DNA of 64,000 nucleotides. Source: a virus (lineage: Duplodnaviria; Caudoviricetes). Positions 18,568 through 27,830 of this stretch are shown in pieces; within the stretch, counting starts at the first letter, position 1, and each line of letters opens with the position of its first letter. The stretch covers positions 32,001 to 96,000 of IMG/VR virus record IMGVR_UViG_3300033061_001635. One strand, given 5' to 3'. The position numbers and the translations under genes are program-made. The notes below the pieces were generated by a model. That model saw only the letters and a program-made list of their open reading frames with translations, was not told the DNA's origin and made no database searches.

Positions 18568-20040
18568 ATGATTTTATGTGACCCGTCCGCAGAACGCGCT
18601 ATATTAAGTGGAATTTTGAAATACGGAGAGGATGCCTATTTGGATATTGCGGATATTATCCAGGAATCTTCTTTTACAATTGACAGTAATCAAATAATAT
18701 TTAAGTGTTTAAAAAACATTTGTGAAAAAGAACCAAAGCCGAACATTGATCTTGCGTCAGTGTACTCTTCGGCTCAAGAGCTTAATTTATCACATATATT
18801 GTCTAAAAAAGAAGAAACCCAACACCTAAAAGCTATTTTTGATTTTCCGGTACATTTAGAAAATATTAGAAAATTTGCATCCAAGATTAAAAAATTAGAG
18901 ATAGCTAGACTCTTACACAAGGAAATGGAGGATGTGCAAGAAAAGCTATTGGATGTTACTGGTTCAGAGTCAATATCTGCCATATTGGGTATTGCTGAAG
19001 AAAAGATATTCAATTTTACAAACGCACTTTCTGCAGAGAGCGATTCTGCTCCTAAGTTTATAGCAGAGAGTATAGATAATTACATAGAGTTTCTACAAAG
19101 TAATAAAGTAGATCAAATAGGAATACCTACTGGATTTCCAGCATACGATCAGGCGATAGGTGGAGGTTTAAGAAAAGGAACAGTTAATGTTATAGCGGCA
19201 CGACCAAAAGTAGGAAAAACGCTGCTCTCTGATAATATTGGATACTATATTGCGAGCAAGTTACAAATTCCTGTATTAAACATGGATACAGAAATGACCA
19301 AAGAAGATCATATCCATAGAATTTTGGCTATGTCATCAGAAATAGAAATATCAAAGATCGAGACAGGCAAGTTCACGGATACCCCAAGTTCTGCAACCAA
19401 AATAAAACAGGCAATAGACGAACTTAAAAATAGTAAGTTATATCATAAAAGCATAGCAGGAAAACCATTCGAGGAACAACTGTCTATTATGCGAAGATGG
19501 ATATCTAAAGAAGTTGGACTTAATGATGACGGAACAGCAAAAGACTGTGTTATTATTTATGACTATTTAAAACTAATGGATAGTACAGGAATAAACCAAG
19601 ATATGAAAGAATATCAGGTTCTTGGCTTTATGATGACAAGTTTACATAATTTTGCTATACAATATAAAGTCCCAATATTATCTTTTATACAATTAAATAG
19701 AGACGGTATCACAAAAGAAAGCACTGATACTGCGAGTGGATCAGATAGAATTATTTGGCTATGTAGTAATTTTACAATATTCAAAAGAAAAAGTGACGAA
19801 GAAATTGCTGAGGATGGGCAAGATGCGGGTAATAGGAAATTGGTTCCATTAATCAGTCGCCACGGCGGTGGATTAGATGACAATGATTATATTAATTGTC
19901 ACATGAAGGGCTGGTGTGCTAAAATAACAGAGGGACAAACCAGATTAGAACTACTACATGGATCAAAAAAGCAAAAAGGCGGATTTATAATCAATGACAA
20001 TAATGAAGATGAAGAAAAACAAGACATACCATTCGTATGA
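18568..20040 (+). CDS. dnaB: Replicative DNA helicase (DnaB family)
   Basis: AERAILSG, GIPTGF..YD, AARPKVGKT, DTEM, IYDYLKLM and QLNR. Confidence 0.92.
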   Translation: MILCDPSAERAILSGILKYGEDAYLDIADIIQESSFTIDSNQIIFKCLKNICEKEPKPNIDLASVYSSAQELNLSHILSKKEETQHLKAIFDFPVHLENIRKFASKIKKLEIARLLHKEMEDVQEKLLDVTGSESISAILGIAEEKIFNFTNALSAESDSAPKFIAESIDNYIEFLQSNKVDQIGIPTGFPAYDQAIGGGLRKGTVNVIAARPKVGKTLLSDNIGYYIASKLQIPVLNMDTEMTKEDHIHRILAMSSEIEISKIETGKFTDTPSSATKIKQAIDELKNSKLYHKSIAGKPFEEQLSIMRRWISKEVGLNDDGTAKDCVIIYDYLKLMDSTGINQDMKEYQVLGFMMTSLHNFAIQYKVPILSFIQLNRDGITKESTDTASGSDRIIWLCSNFTIFKRKSDEEIAEDGQDAGNRKLVPLISRHGGGLDDNDYINCHMKGWCAKITEGQTRLELLHGSKKQKGGFIINDNNEDEEKQDIPFV

Positions 20041-21172
20041 TCAATATCAACTTAAGAATTTATCAGACTTAGTGTGTGATGATATCGAGAATTTATTAAA
20101 TTCTTTAGGTATAGAATCATATAAAATATTTGATAAAATGGTCACTATGAGTTGCCCAATTCATGGTGGAGATAATGATTCTGCACTGAATCTATACTAC
20201 AAGGGAGACTCATATAGAGGAAACTGGAAATGTAGAACTCACCAGTGTGAGAATATTTTTAAGTCATCAATTATTGGTTTTATAAGAGGATGCTTGTCTA
20301 AAGATGGCGGATGGAATAAAGAAGGTGATGACATGGTGTCTTTTAAAGACGCTATAGACTTTGCTATTAAATTTTCTAATCACGACCCGGTCAATGATAA
20401 ACAAACGAGAAAAGTAAAAGAAAAAAATACGTTTGTTAATACTATAAAAAATATTTCTATAGACGTTAGTAATAAACCAAATGAAGTTGTTGTTCCAAGG
20501 AATTTGGTCATTAAGGCGCTAGACATACCATCACAATATTTCTTAGACAGAGGATTTTCTAAAGAAGTATTAATAAAGTACGACGTAGGAGACTGTATCA
20601 ATTCATCAAAAGAAATGAATAATAGAGCAGTTGTGCCGGTATATGATCAAAATATGAGGGGGATGATAGGCTGCACTGGCAGAAGCATACACGATAAATG
20701 TACAAACTGTAATTCTTTTCACGATATTAATGAAAAGTGTCCTAATGATAATGAAAAATGGCTTAGTTCCAAATGGAGACATAGTAAAAATTTTAAGACC
20801 CAGGAACATCTATATAATTATTGGTTTGCTAAAAAACATATCTTAGCATCAAAAACTGTGGTTATAGTCGAAAGCCCTGGCAATGTTTGGAGATTAGAAG
20901 AAGCAGGGATACATAATAGTATAGCAATATTTGGTTCGTCACTCGGATACAAACAAAAGGCCTTATTAGATATATCTGGAGCTATGAATATAGTAACAAT
21001 AATGGATAACGATAAGGCTGGTAAAGATGCAGCAAAACAAATCGAAGACAAATGTGGAAGAATATATAATATAAAACACATAGAGATTAATGCAAATGAT
21101 ATTGCAGAAATGAGCATTGATGATATAGTAACAACCATATCCCCACAGATAAAGGAATACGAATTATGTTAG
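19994..21172 (+). CDS. dnaG: DNA primase (zinc finger plus TOPRIM)
   Basis: CPIHGGDN...WKCRTHQC, YFLDRG, GCTGR, VES and MDNDKAG. The exact start is uncertain. Confidence 0.85.
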   Translation: MTIMKMKKNKTYHSYDQYQLKNLSDLVCDDIENLLNSLGIESYKIFDKMVTMSCPIHGGDNDSALNLYYKGDSYRGNWKCRTHQCENIFKSSIIGFIRGCLSKDGGWNKEGDDMVSFKDAIDFAIKFSNHDPVNDKQTRKVKEKNTFVNTIKNISIDVSNKPNEVVVPRNLVIKALDIPSQYFLDRGFSKEVLIKYDVGDCINSSKEMNNRAVVPVYDQNMRGMIGCTGRSIHDKCTNCNSFHDINEKCPNDNEKWLSSKWRHSKNFKTQEHLYNYWFAKKHILASKTVVIVESPGNVWRLEEAGIHNSIAIFGSSLGYKQKALLDISGAMNIVTIMDNDKAGKDAAKQIEDKCGRIYNIKHIEINANDIAEMSIDDIVTTISPQIKEYELC

Positions 21173-21924
21173 TTTTAGGTATATCTGGCAAAAAACAGTC
21201 GGGTAAAACCACAGCAGGAAATTTTATTCTATCGCTATATCTTGCCAAACTAAATGCGAGTGAAAAACTTTATATAGATAATGATGGAAATATACTAATA
21301 TCAGATTTGTGTGGTGATAAATCATATGAGGGTATTTTTTCTATACAATCTATATTATCAAGAGAAATAATTTCTAGTGATATTTTATTATTTTTAGAGA
21401 AATTACAGAATGAAATAAAAATCTATAATTTTGCAGATATATTAAAAACAGACATATGCATGAATATACTAGGCTTGACTTATGAACAGTGCTATGGATC
21501 AGATGAAAATAAAAATGAATTAACGTCTGTTAAGTGGCCGTCAGAAATAGCCAATGATAAATCTAGTAAATTTATGACAGCGAGAGAAGTTATGCAATAT
21601 GTGGGTACGGATATCTTTAGAAAGATGGATACTAATGTTTGGGTAAAGTCAACCATTAATAAAATACTTAAAGAAAATCCTGAGTTAGCAATTATTACAG
21701 ATTGTCGATTTCCAAATGAAGTAGAAGCAATAAAAAATATTGGTGGAAAAGTATTGAGATTAACTAGGAGTCCATTTTTATCTAATCATATTAGTGAGAC
21801 AGTATTAGATAAAGAAAACTATGATTGGAATAATTTTGATCATGTTATTAATAACGAAAATAATAATCTATATGATCAATTCTCTGAGCTTAAAACCATT
21901 TTAGAAAAACTATTAAATCTATGA
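21166..21924 (+). CDS. Deoxynucleoside monophosphate kinase (T4 gp1-like)
   Basis: GISGKKQSGKTT, FADILK, REVMQYVGTD.FR and ITDCRFPNE. Confidence 0.85.
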   Translation: MLVLGISGKKQSGKTTAGNFILSLYLAKLNASEKLYIDNDGNILISDLCGDKSYEGIFSIQSILSREIISSDILLFLEKLQNEIKIYNFADILKTDICMNILGLTYEQCYGSDENKNELTSVKWPSEIANDKSSKFMTAREVMQYVGTDIFRKMDTNVWVKSTINKILKENPELAIITDCRFPNEVEAIKNIGGKVLRLTRSPFLSNHISETVLDKENYDWNNFDHVINNENNNLYDQFSELKTILEKLLNL

Positions 21925-22961
21925 TTATTACATACTTTCGAAGCAGTTCTTATAATACCCACAATATGTGTGAACAACAGTATTTTGGAGAATATGTGTT
22001 GGGATGGAGGGGTTTGTCTGGGCAGAAAGCAGATAAAGGAACTATCACTCATAAAATATTAGAAATATTAGCTGTTATTAAAAAAGCGCAGCAAGATCAG
22101 CAAGATACTATTAATGACGATTTGATCGGAGAAGTTAGTGTTCATAATTATGATTTAGATAATATAATAGATCAAGTGTACTCATACTACACTTCTAATG
22201 CACAACATCATAAGTGGTCACCGAAAGACCATAAAGATTGTAAAAATTGGGTCTATAAAGCTATAGAATTTAATAATGGAATGTTTGATCCAAGAAATCG
22301 AAACATACTATGTCCAGAGCAGCATTTTGATTTTGAAATTAAGAAATCTTGGGCTAAATATAGTTATGATACTAATGGAGAAAAATTAGAGGGTAATTTA
22401 GCTTTAAAGGGCACTATTGATCTGATAACACTAGTTAATGATTCTACCATAGAGATTATAGACTGGAAAACTGGTCGTAGATTAGACTGGGCAACAGGAG
22501 AAGAAAAAACTCAAGAAAAACTAGAAAAAGATCCTCAGTTAAAAATATATCATTACGCAATAAAACATCTATATCCTCATATTAAAAATATAATATTCTC
22601 AATATATTTTATTAATGATGGAGGTCCATTTTCTATATGTTTTCATGATTCTGATCTCAGTTCTACTGAAGATATGTTGAGACAAAAATTTGAAGCAGTT
22701 AGGAGCACCAAAAAACCGCGACTTAATAAAAGCTGGATGTGCAGTAAATTATGTCATTTTGGCAAAACAACATTTGAAGGAACTCATATACAGCCGATAG
22801 AAGAATATAGAGATGGACAAGTATGCAAAATTGGTCAAATAATGACAAAGTGTGAACAAATAAAGCATGATCTTGACCTTTATGGTATCGACACTACAAT
22901 GGGTTTGTATAAAAACAAAAATCACTCATTTGGAAGTTACAAGGCCCCAGGATCGATATGA
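21921..22961 (+). CDS. PD-(D/E)XK exonuclease, Cas4/AddB-like with probable Fe-S cysteines
   Basis: N-terminal MCEQ, GTITH, GTIDL, IIDWKTG, QLKIY and C-terminal CSKLC...C. Confidence 0.8.
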   Translation: MIITYFRSSSYNTHNMCEQQYFGEYVLGWRGLSGQKADKGTITHKILEILAVIKKAQQDQQDTINDDLIGEVSVHNYDLDNIIDQVYSYYTSNAQHHKWSPKDHKDCKNWVYKAIEFNNGMFDPRNRNILCPEQHFDFEIKKSWAKYSYDTNGEKLEGNLALKGTIDLITLVNDSTIEIIDWKTGRRLDWATGEEKTQEKLEKDPQLKIYHYAIKHLYPHIKNIIFSIYFINDGGPFSICFHDSDLSSTEDMLRQKFEAVRSTKKPRLNKSWMCSKLCHFGKTTFEGTHIQPIEEYRDGQVCKIGQIMTKCEQIKHDLDLYGIDTTMGLYKNKNHSFGSYKAPGSI

Positions 22962-24829
22962 AACAAAAAACTTATTCTGTTTTACATGCACATTCTCACT
23001 ATAGTCTATTGGACGGATTAAGCAAGCCTAGTCAAATAGCCGAAAGATGCTTTAATGCTGGAATTAAAACCTGTGCAATAACTGATCATGGAACTATTTC
23101 CGGATGTGTTCAGTTTTATCAGGCGATGAAGGCCAAAAAGATTAAACCAATATTAGGTTGTGAACTTTACATACCTAAAAATGACTCATTTGTTAAAGAA
23201 AAAGAAAACAATAATCTGAGTCACTTCCTGGTTCTTGCTAAAAATTTAGCAGGATGGAATACTCTTGTGAAAATCATATCTGAAACAAATAGAATAGACA
23301 ACTTTTATCATAAGCCAAGAATCAGTTTTGATAGACTGGCCCCTATGTTGGATGGAAATATTATAGGCTTTTGTGGTCATTTAGGATCAAGTATATCAGA
23401 CTTGGTTGAGGAAAATCCTGATAACTATACTGATAAGGCAATATCTTTTATAGATCATATGAAAGAAATATTTGGAAAAGATAATTTCTTTCTAGAAGCT
23501 CAACTCATGGATCAGGAACTGAATCCTAAACAAAAAGAAATGACAGATATAATGAGAGAATTATCTGTTAAGACTAAAACCAAAATAATAGCCACCCCAG
23601 ATGCTCACTATTGTGAAAGAAAAGATGCTATTGATCAAAGAATTTTATTATGTAATAATCTTAAGACAACTTTGATAGATATAAATAAGAAACTCTTAGC
23701 CAACCAGGATGTGCCAATGAGTTGCTTTTTTAAATCGGACAATTATCATATTCCAGATCCAGAAGAAATGATGGAGTGGCATACTAAGGAAGAAATTGAA
23801 AATACTTTATATGTAGATTCAATATGCGAGGAGTATTCTATTCTTAACAAGCCATTACTTCCCGCTTTCGAATGCCCAAATAATTCTAATCCAGAAGAAT
23901 ATCTGAGACAATTATGTAGAGATGGTTGGAGAGAAAAGATAATGAATGATATTCCAGAATCTGAACATACAAAATATGCAGATAGAGTAAAATTAGAATT
24001 AGATATTTTACAAAAAGCTGGATTATCTAGTTACTTTCTTATAGTGCAAGATATTGTAAACTATGTCAAGAAGAGTGGATGGCTTCCCGGACCAGGAAGA
24101 GGAAGTGCTGCAGGGTGTTTGGTTTCCTATTTAATTGGTATTACTCAAATTGATCCGATCAAATATGATTTACTCTTTGAGAGATTTTATAATGAGGGCC
24201 GTAACACCGCAGATCATATCTCCATGCCAGATATTGATGTTGACGTTCCTATTACAAAAAGAGAACAAATTATAGAATATATTAAGAATAAATACGGTAT
24301 AGATAAAGTTAGTCAAATGATCACTTTTAATACTATGAAAGGTCGTGGCGCCTTAAAAGAAGTATTGAGAGTATATGATAATATTTCTTTCGAAGAGACA
24401 AACCGTATAACCAAGTTTATACCAGATGAGGCCAAAATTGCAGACGAACTACAAGAAATGAAGGAAGATACTGGAGAAGCTTCAATTATTCGTTGGGCGT
24501 TAGAAAATAATGTTGACAAACTCAAAGAATGGTGCTATATATCTAGTGACGGTTCATTGGCCGGACCGTTGGCAAAAAGATTCGAACAGGCTATTAGACT
24601 AGAAGGAACAAAATCTAATCAATCTAAACACGCGGCCGGTGTAGTAATTAGCAGCAAGAGCCTTGGCAGTGTATGCCCTATGGTTTATGATAATAAAAAC
24701 AAGCAGTCCATCGCGGGCATGGAAATGCAAGACTTAGAAAGTTTGGGTCTGATTAAATTTGATATTTTGGGAGTTGCTATGTTAGACAAAATCATGACAA
24801 TATCAGAAATTTTATCAAAAGGAGAATAA
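22958..24829 (+). CDS. dnaE: DNA polymerase III alpha, N-terminal half (PHP plus palm)
   Basis: HAHSHYSLLDG, TDHG, GCELY, DAHY, GPGRGSAAG, LLFERF, PDIDVD, KHAAG and KFDILG. Confidence 0.92.
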   Translation: MKQKTYSVLHAHSHYSLLDGLSKPSQIAERCFNAGIKTCAITDHGTISGCVQFYQAMKAKKIKPILGCELYIPKNDSFVKEKENNNLSHFLVLAKNLAGWNTLVKIISETNRIDNFYHKPRISFDRLAPMLDGNIIGFCGHLGSSISDLVEENPDNYTDKAISFIDHMKEIFGKDNFFLEAQLMDQELNPKQKEMTDIMRELSVKTKTKIIATPDAHYCERKDAIDQRILLCNNLKTTLIDINKKLLANQDVPMSCFFKSDNYHIPDPEEMMEWHTKEEIENTLYVDSICEEYSILNKPLLPAFECPNNSNPEEYLRQLCRDGWREKIMNDIPESEHTKYADRVKLELDILQKAGLSSYFLIVQDIVNYVKKSGWLPGPGRGSAAGCLVSYLIGITQIDPIKYDLLFERFYNEGRNTADHISMPDIDVDVPITKREQIIEYIKNKYGIDKVSQMITFNTMKGRGALKEVLRVYDNISFEETNRITKFIPDEAKIADELQEMKEDTGEASIIRWALENNVDKLKEWCYISSDGSLAGPLAKRFEQAIRLEGTKSNQSKHAAGVVISSKSLGSVCPMVYDNKNKQSIAGMEMQDLESLGLIKFDILGVAMLDKIMTISEILSKGE

Positions 24830-24831
24830 AG

Positions 24832-25011
24832 ATGGAGAAAAAGTTTGCAGATTTAGCTGTTGGTGAAAAATTTAGTGTTAACGGTACGGAATACATTAAG
24901 TCAGACGAAGTTAGGATTAGCTGTTGCAGATCAGTGAATTGTTATGCAACTGCTGATTCTTCTCAAAAAGGACATTTTCCTGGTGACACAGTAGTAGTGG
25001 TAAATGGCTAA
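24832..25011 (+). CDS. Small Cys-containing protein (59 aa), not in the ORF track
   Basis: AAGGAG RBS; MEKKFADLAVGEKFSVNGTEYIKSDEVRISCCRSVNCYATADSSQKGHFPGDTVVVVNG*. Overlaps the exonuclease start. Confidence 0.7.
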   Translation: MEKKFADLAVGEKFSVNGTEYIKSDEVRISCCRSVNCYATADSSQKGHFPGDTVVVVNG

Positions 25012-25699
25012 TACACAAAAAATTTGCGTTTTCGATTTGGAAACAGATGGTGCCAATCCAGATTTGTGCAGTCCTGTGCAAATAGCTGCGATTATGGTAG
25101 ATCCATTCAAATTGGAAATAATTAAAAATTCGGAATTCAATATTAATGTTAAACCATTAGCAATAGAAAATAATCCTGAATACTCATATGAAGATTCAGA
25201 CGTATTAGATTTTCATGCAAAGGTTAGAGGCTCTACAAAAGAAAGCGTTTTAGAGTCTTGGAAAACTTATCAAAAGCAAGAACATGGCTGGGGAATGTTT
25301 GTATCTTACCTAGATATGTATCATATTCGTAGTCATAGCAAAAAATCCTGCTTCTCAGCACCAATCGCAGCCGGATACAATATAAACAGATTTGATTTGC
25401 GTATTATAGAAAAATTAAGTACAAAGTACAATAATCTTAATAAAGAAGGAAGATCATCTTTATTTTATCCAAGAGATGTAATTGATATTATGAACTTAGT
25501 TTTTTATTGGTTTGAAGGCAATAACGAGCTTAAAAATTATACTCTTGATAACTTAAGAGATTATCTTGGTATAGATAAAACAGGATCACACGACGCTCTA
25601 AAAGATGTGAAAGATACTGCACAAATTTTAATTAGATTTTTAAAATTGCACAGGAATATTGCTAACAAAGTTAAGTTTAAATCATCATTCATTGGATAA
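25004..25699 (+). CDS. DEDDh 3'-5' exonuclease (DnaQ/epsilon-like)
   Basis: ExoI VFDLETDG, ExoII GYNINRFD and ExoIII HDALKD. Confidence 0.88.
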   Translation: MANTQKICVFDLETDGANPDLCSPVQIAAIMVDPFKLEIIKNSEFNINVKPLAIENNPEYSYEDSDVLDFHAKVRGSTKESVLESWKTYQKQEHGWGMFVSYLDMYHIRSHSKKSCFSAPIAAGYNINRFDLRIIEKLSTKYNNLNKEGRSSLFYPRDVIDIMNLVFYWFEGNNELKNYTLDNLRDYLGIDKTGSHDALKDVKDTAQILIRFLKLHRNIANKVKFKSSFIG

Positions 25700-25710
25700 T
25701 AGTATTTATA

Positions 25711-27336
25711 ATGGCAGAGATATTTGCATTTGATTGTGGTTGTCAATTCAATATTATTGAAAACAATTCTAATTTTCCAAAAATAGAGTTTTCTCCAAAA
25801 ATCTCAAATATTAATTTGGAGTGTACAAAAACATGGGAATTAATATCATCAGGTAATACAAAGGGGTGTTTTCAGTTAGAATCTAGGCTTGGTCAAACCA
25901 TGGCAAGAAAACTAAAGCCACAAAATATACAGCAATTATCTGGGCTAATTAGTATTCTTAGACCAGGATGCTTGGAAGCTATGAGAGATGGTAAAAGCGT
26001 TTCTAATCATTATATAGATAAAAAAAATGGATTAGAGTCTATCGATTACTTTCATCCGGCATTAGAACCCATTCTTAAAGATACATATTCAGAAATGATA
26101 TATCAAGAACAGGCTATGTCTATAGCTAAAGAGTTGGCTGGCTTTAATCTTAAAGAAGCAGATGATCTTAGAAAGGCTATTGGCAAAAAACAAGCAGATA
26201 AAATGGCAAAGGTAAAAGAAAAGTTTATAGAGGGAGCTCATAAAAAGGGGCTTATAAACACAAGTGAAGCAGAACAAATATTTGAATGGGTGGAAAAAAG
26301 TCAAAGATATTTATTTAATGCTAGTCATTCTATTAGCTATGCTATGAATGCTTATCTATCTGCCTATGCTAAAGCCCACTTTCCAAAAATCTTTTTTGCT
26401 TCTTATCTCAGATTTGCAAAAGACAAAATAGACCCCCAACAAGAGATTAAAGAGTTGGTGCGTAATGCCGTGGAAATGGACATCAATGTTAGCATTCCTG
26501 ATTTTAGGAATCTAAATTCTTTATTTATTCTTAAGGACAAAAAAATATATTTTGGATTAACAGACATAAAAGGAGTTGGACAGTCAGTATATAATAAAAT
26601 AATTGAATTAAGTAAAAATGTAGACATAAATAACATGTCCTGGTTAAAAATGTTATGTCATATATTATTAAACATAAACTCTACAGCAACTAAGGCCCTA
26701 ATAAGCTGTGGTGCCTTTGATTATTATAAAAAACATAGAACAGAATTATTATTTGAATATGATATATGCAGCAAATTAACCAAAAAAGAATTATCTGAAT
26801 TTGTCAACTATATTGACTCAAATGATAAAGCCAATATGATTAATGCATTAAAGCATATACTAGAAAATACAAAACTAACTAAAAATAGAAGAGAAACTAT
26901 TGAGAATTGTATATACTTATTGGGCAATCCTCCCTATTCATTAACAGACAAGATAGAATGGCTTGCAGATTCTGAGAATGGTCTATTAGGAGCAAACATA
27001 ACATGCTCCAAACTAGATATATACGACGTCGGATCAACGAACTGCAATTGTAAAACTTTTAAAACATCATTATTAAAAGACAATATTATTATTGTTGGAG
27101 AAATTGCTAATATAAATATTACAAAAACTAAAACTGGTAAAAATCCAGGATTAGAGATGGCATTTCTAACAATAGAAGATCAATACGGCACTCTTGATAC
27201 GGTCGTATTTTTCCCAGAAGCATTTAGTAAATATAAAACTCATTTATTTATCGATAATATCTTAGTATTTGTTGGAAATAAAAGCAAATCCAAAGATGGT
27301 TTGATCGTTGAAAAATGTTTTATTCCGTCATCTTGA
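25711..27336 (+). CDS. dnaE: DNA polymerase III alpha, C-terminal half (fingers, HhH, OB)
   Basis: GCFQLES, LRPG, IYQEQ, AGF...EADDLRKAIGKK, YLFNASHS, KAHFP, FGLTDIKGVG and MAFLTIEDQYG. Confidence 0.92.
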   Translation: MAEIFAFDCGCQFNIIENNSNFPKIEFSPKISNINLECTKTWELISSGNTKGCFQLESRLGQTMARKLKPQNIQQLSGLISILRPGCLEAMRDGKSVSNHYIDKKNGLESIDYFHPALEPILKDTYSEMIYQEQAMSIAKELAGFNLKEADDLRKAIGKKQADKMAKVKEKFIEGAHKKGLINTSEAEQIFEWVEKSQRYLFNASHSISYAMNAYLSAYAKAHFPKIFFASYLRFAKDKIDPQQEIKELVRNAVEMDINVSIPDFRNLNSLFILKDKKIYFGLTDIKGVGQSVYNKIIELSKNVDINNMSWLKMLCHILLNINSTATKALISCGAFDYYKKHRTELLFEYDICSKLTKKELSEFVNYIDSNDKANMINALKHILENTKLTKNRRETIENCIYLLGNPPYSLTDKIEWLADSENGLLGANITCSKLDIYDVGSTNCNCKTFKTSLLKDNIIIVGEIANINITKTKTGKNPGLEMAFLTIEDQYGTLDTVVFFPEAFSKYKTHLFIDNILVFVGNKSKSKDGLIVEKCFIPSS

Positions 27337-27361
27337 CATGTGCGTGTGGTCAGGATATAAT
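27333..27361 (+). promoter_or_regulatory. Consensus sigma70 promoter for ssb
   Basis: Perfect TTGACA-17 nt-TATAAT. Confidence 0.85.
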
Positions 27362-27398
27362 AGTTAGATTGAGGTTTTTATAAACAAGGAGTTTGATT

Positions 27399-27770
27399 AT
27401 GAATATAACTTTGCTAAAAGGTAATCTTGCTAGGGATCCGGAACTAAGAACAGTGAACACTGGAGGCAAGCAAACGTCTGTAGTTAATTTTACAGTTGCT
27501 GTCTCCAGAGATTATACAAAAGCCAATGGAGAAAAGGATAAGATTACATCTTTTATTAATTGCGAGGCTTGGGACAGTGGTGCTGAAATGATTTCGGAAT
27601 CCTTTAAAAAGGGGGATTTAGTAATGGTCGAAGGATCATTAAGAAATGATTCGTGGGAGAAGGATGGAGTTAAGCACAGCAGTCTGAAGGTTAGAGTAAA
27701 TAACTTTTCTAAGATTACTAGGCTAAGCAAAAATACTAAACAAGAAACTAGTGAGCCTGTTGCTTTCTAA
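27399..27770 (+). CDS. ssb: Single-stranded DNA-binding protein
   Basis: GNLARDPELR, FINCEAW, KGDLVMVEGSL and C-terminal PVAF; AAGGAG RBS. Confidence 0.93.
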   Translation: MNITLLKGNLARDPELRTVNTGGKQTSVVNFTVAVSRDYTKANGEKDKITSFINCEAWDSGAEMISESFKKGDLVMVEGSLRNDSWEKDGVKHSSLKVRVNNFSKITRLSKNTKQETSEPVAF

Positions 27771-27796
27771 TTTATAACTATTTATACCATGAAGAT

Positions 27797-27825
27797 GGGG
27801 GGTGGCAAAAACACCCCCCGTTTTT
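27797..27825 (+). terminator. Rho-independent terminator after ssb
   Basis: GGGGGGTG-gcaaaaa-CACCCCCC followed by gTTTTT. Confidence 0.85.
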
Positions 27826-27830
27826 ATACT

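Noticed and set aside
21921-22961. CRISPR-Cas system suggested by the Cas4-like nuclease
   Set aside because: No repeat-spacer array or other cas genes; solo Cas4/AddB-like nucleases are common in phage replication modules.
24780-25860. Split intein or group I intron joining the dnaE halves
   Set aside because: There is no intein N-block after KFDILG and no His-Asn/Cys junction in the second half. The intervening DNA is fully occupied by two coupled ORFs, leaving no room for a ribozyme core.
27789-27830. Upstream ATG for the glycosyltransferase (MKMGGGKNTPRFYT)
   Set aside because: This stretch is the ssb terminator hairpin; ATG 27831 gives a normal GT N-terminus.
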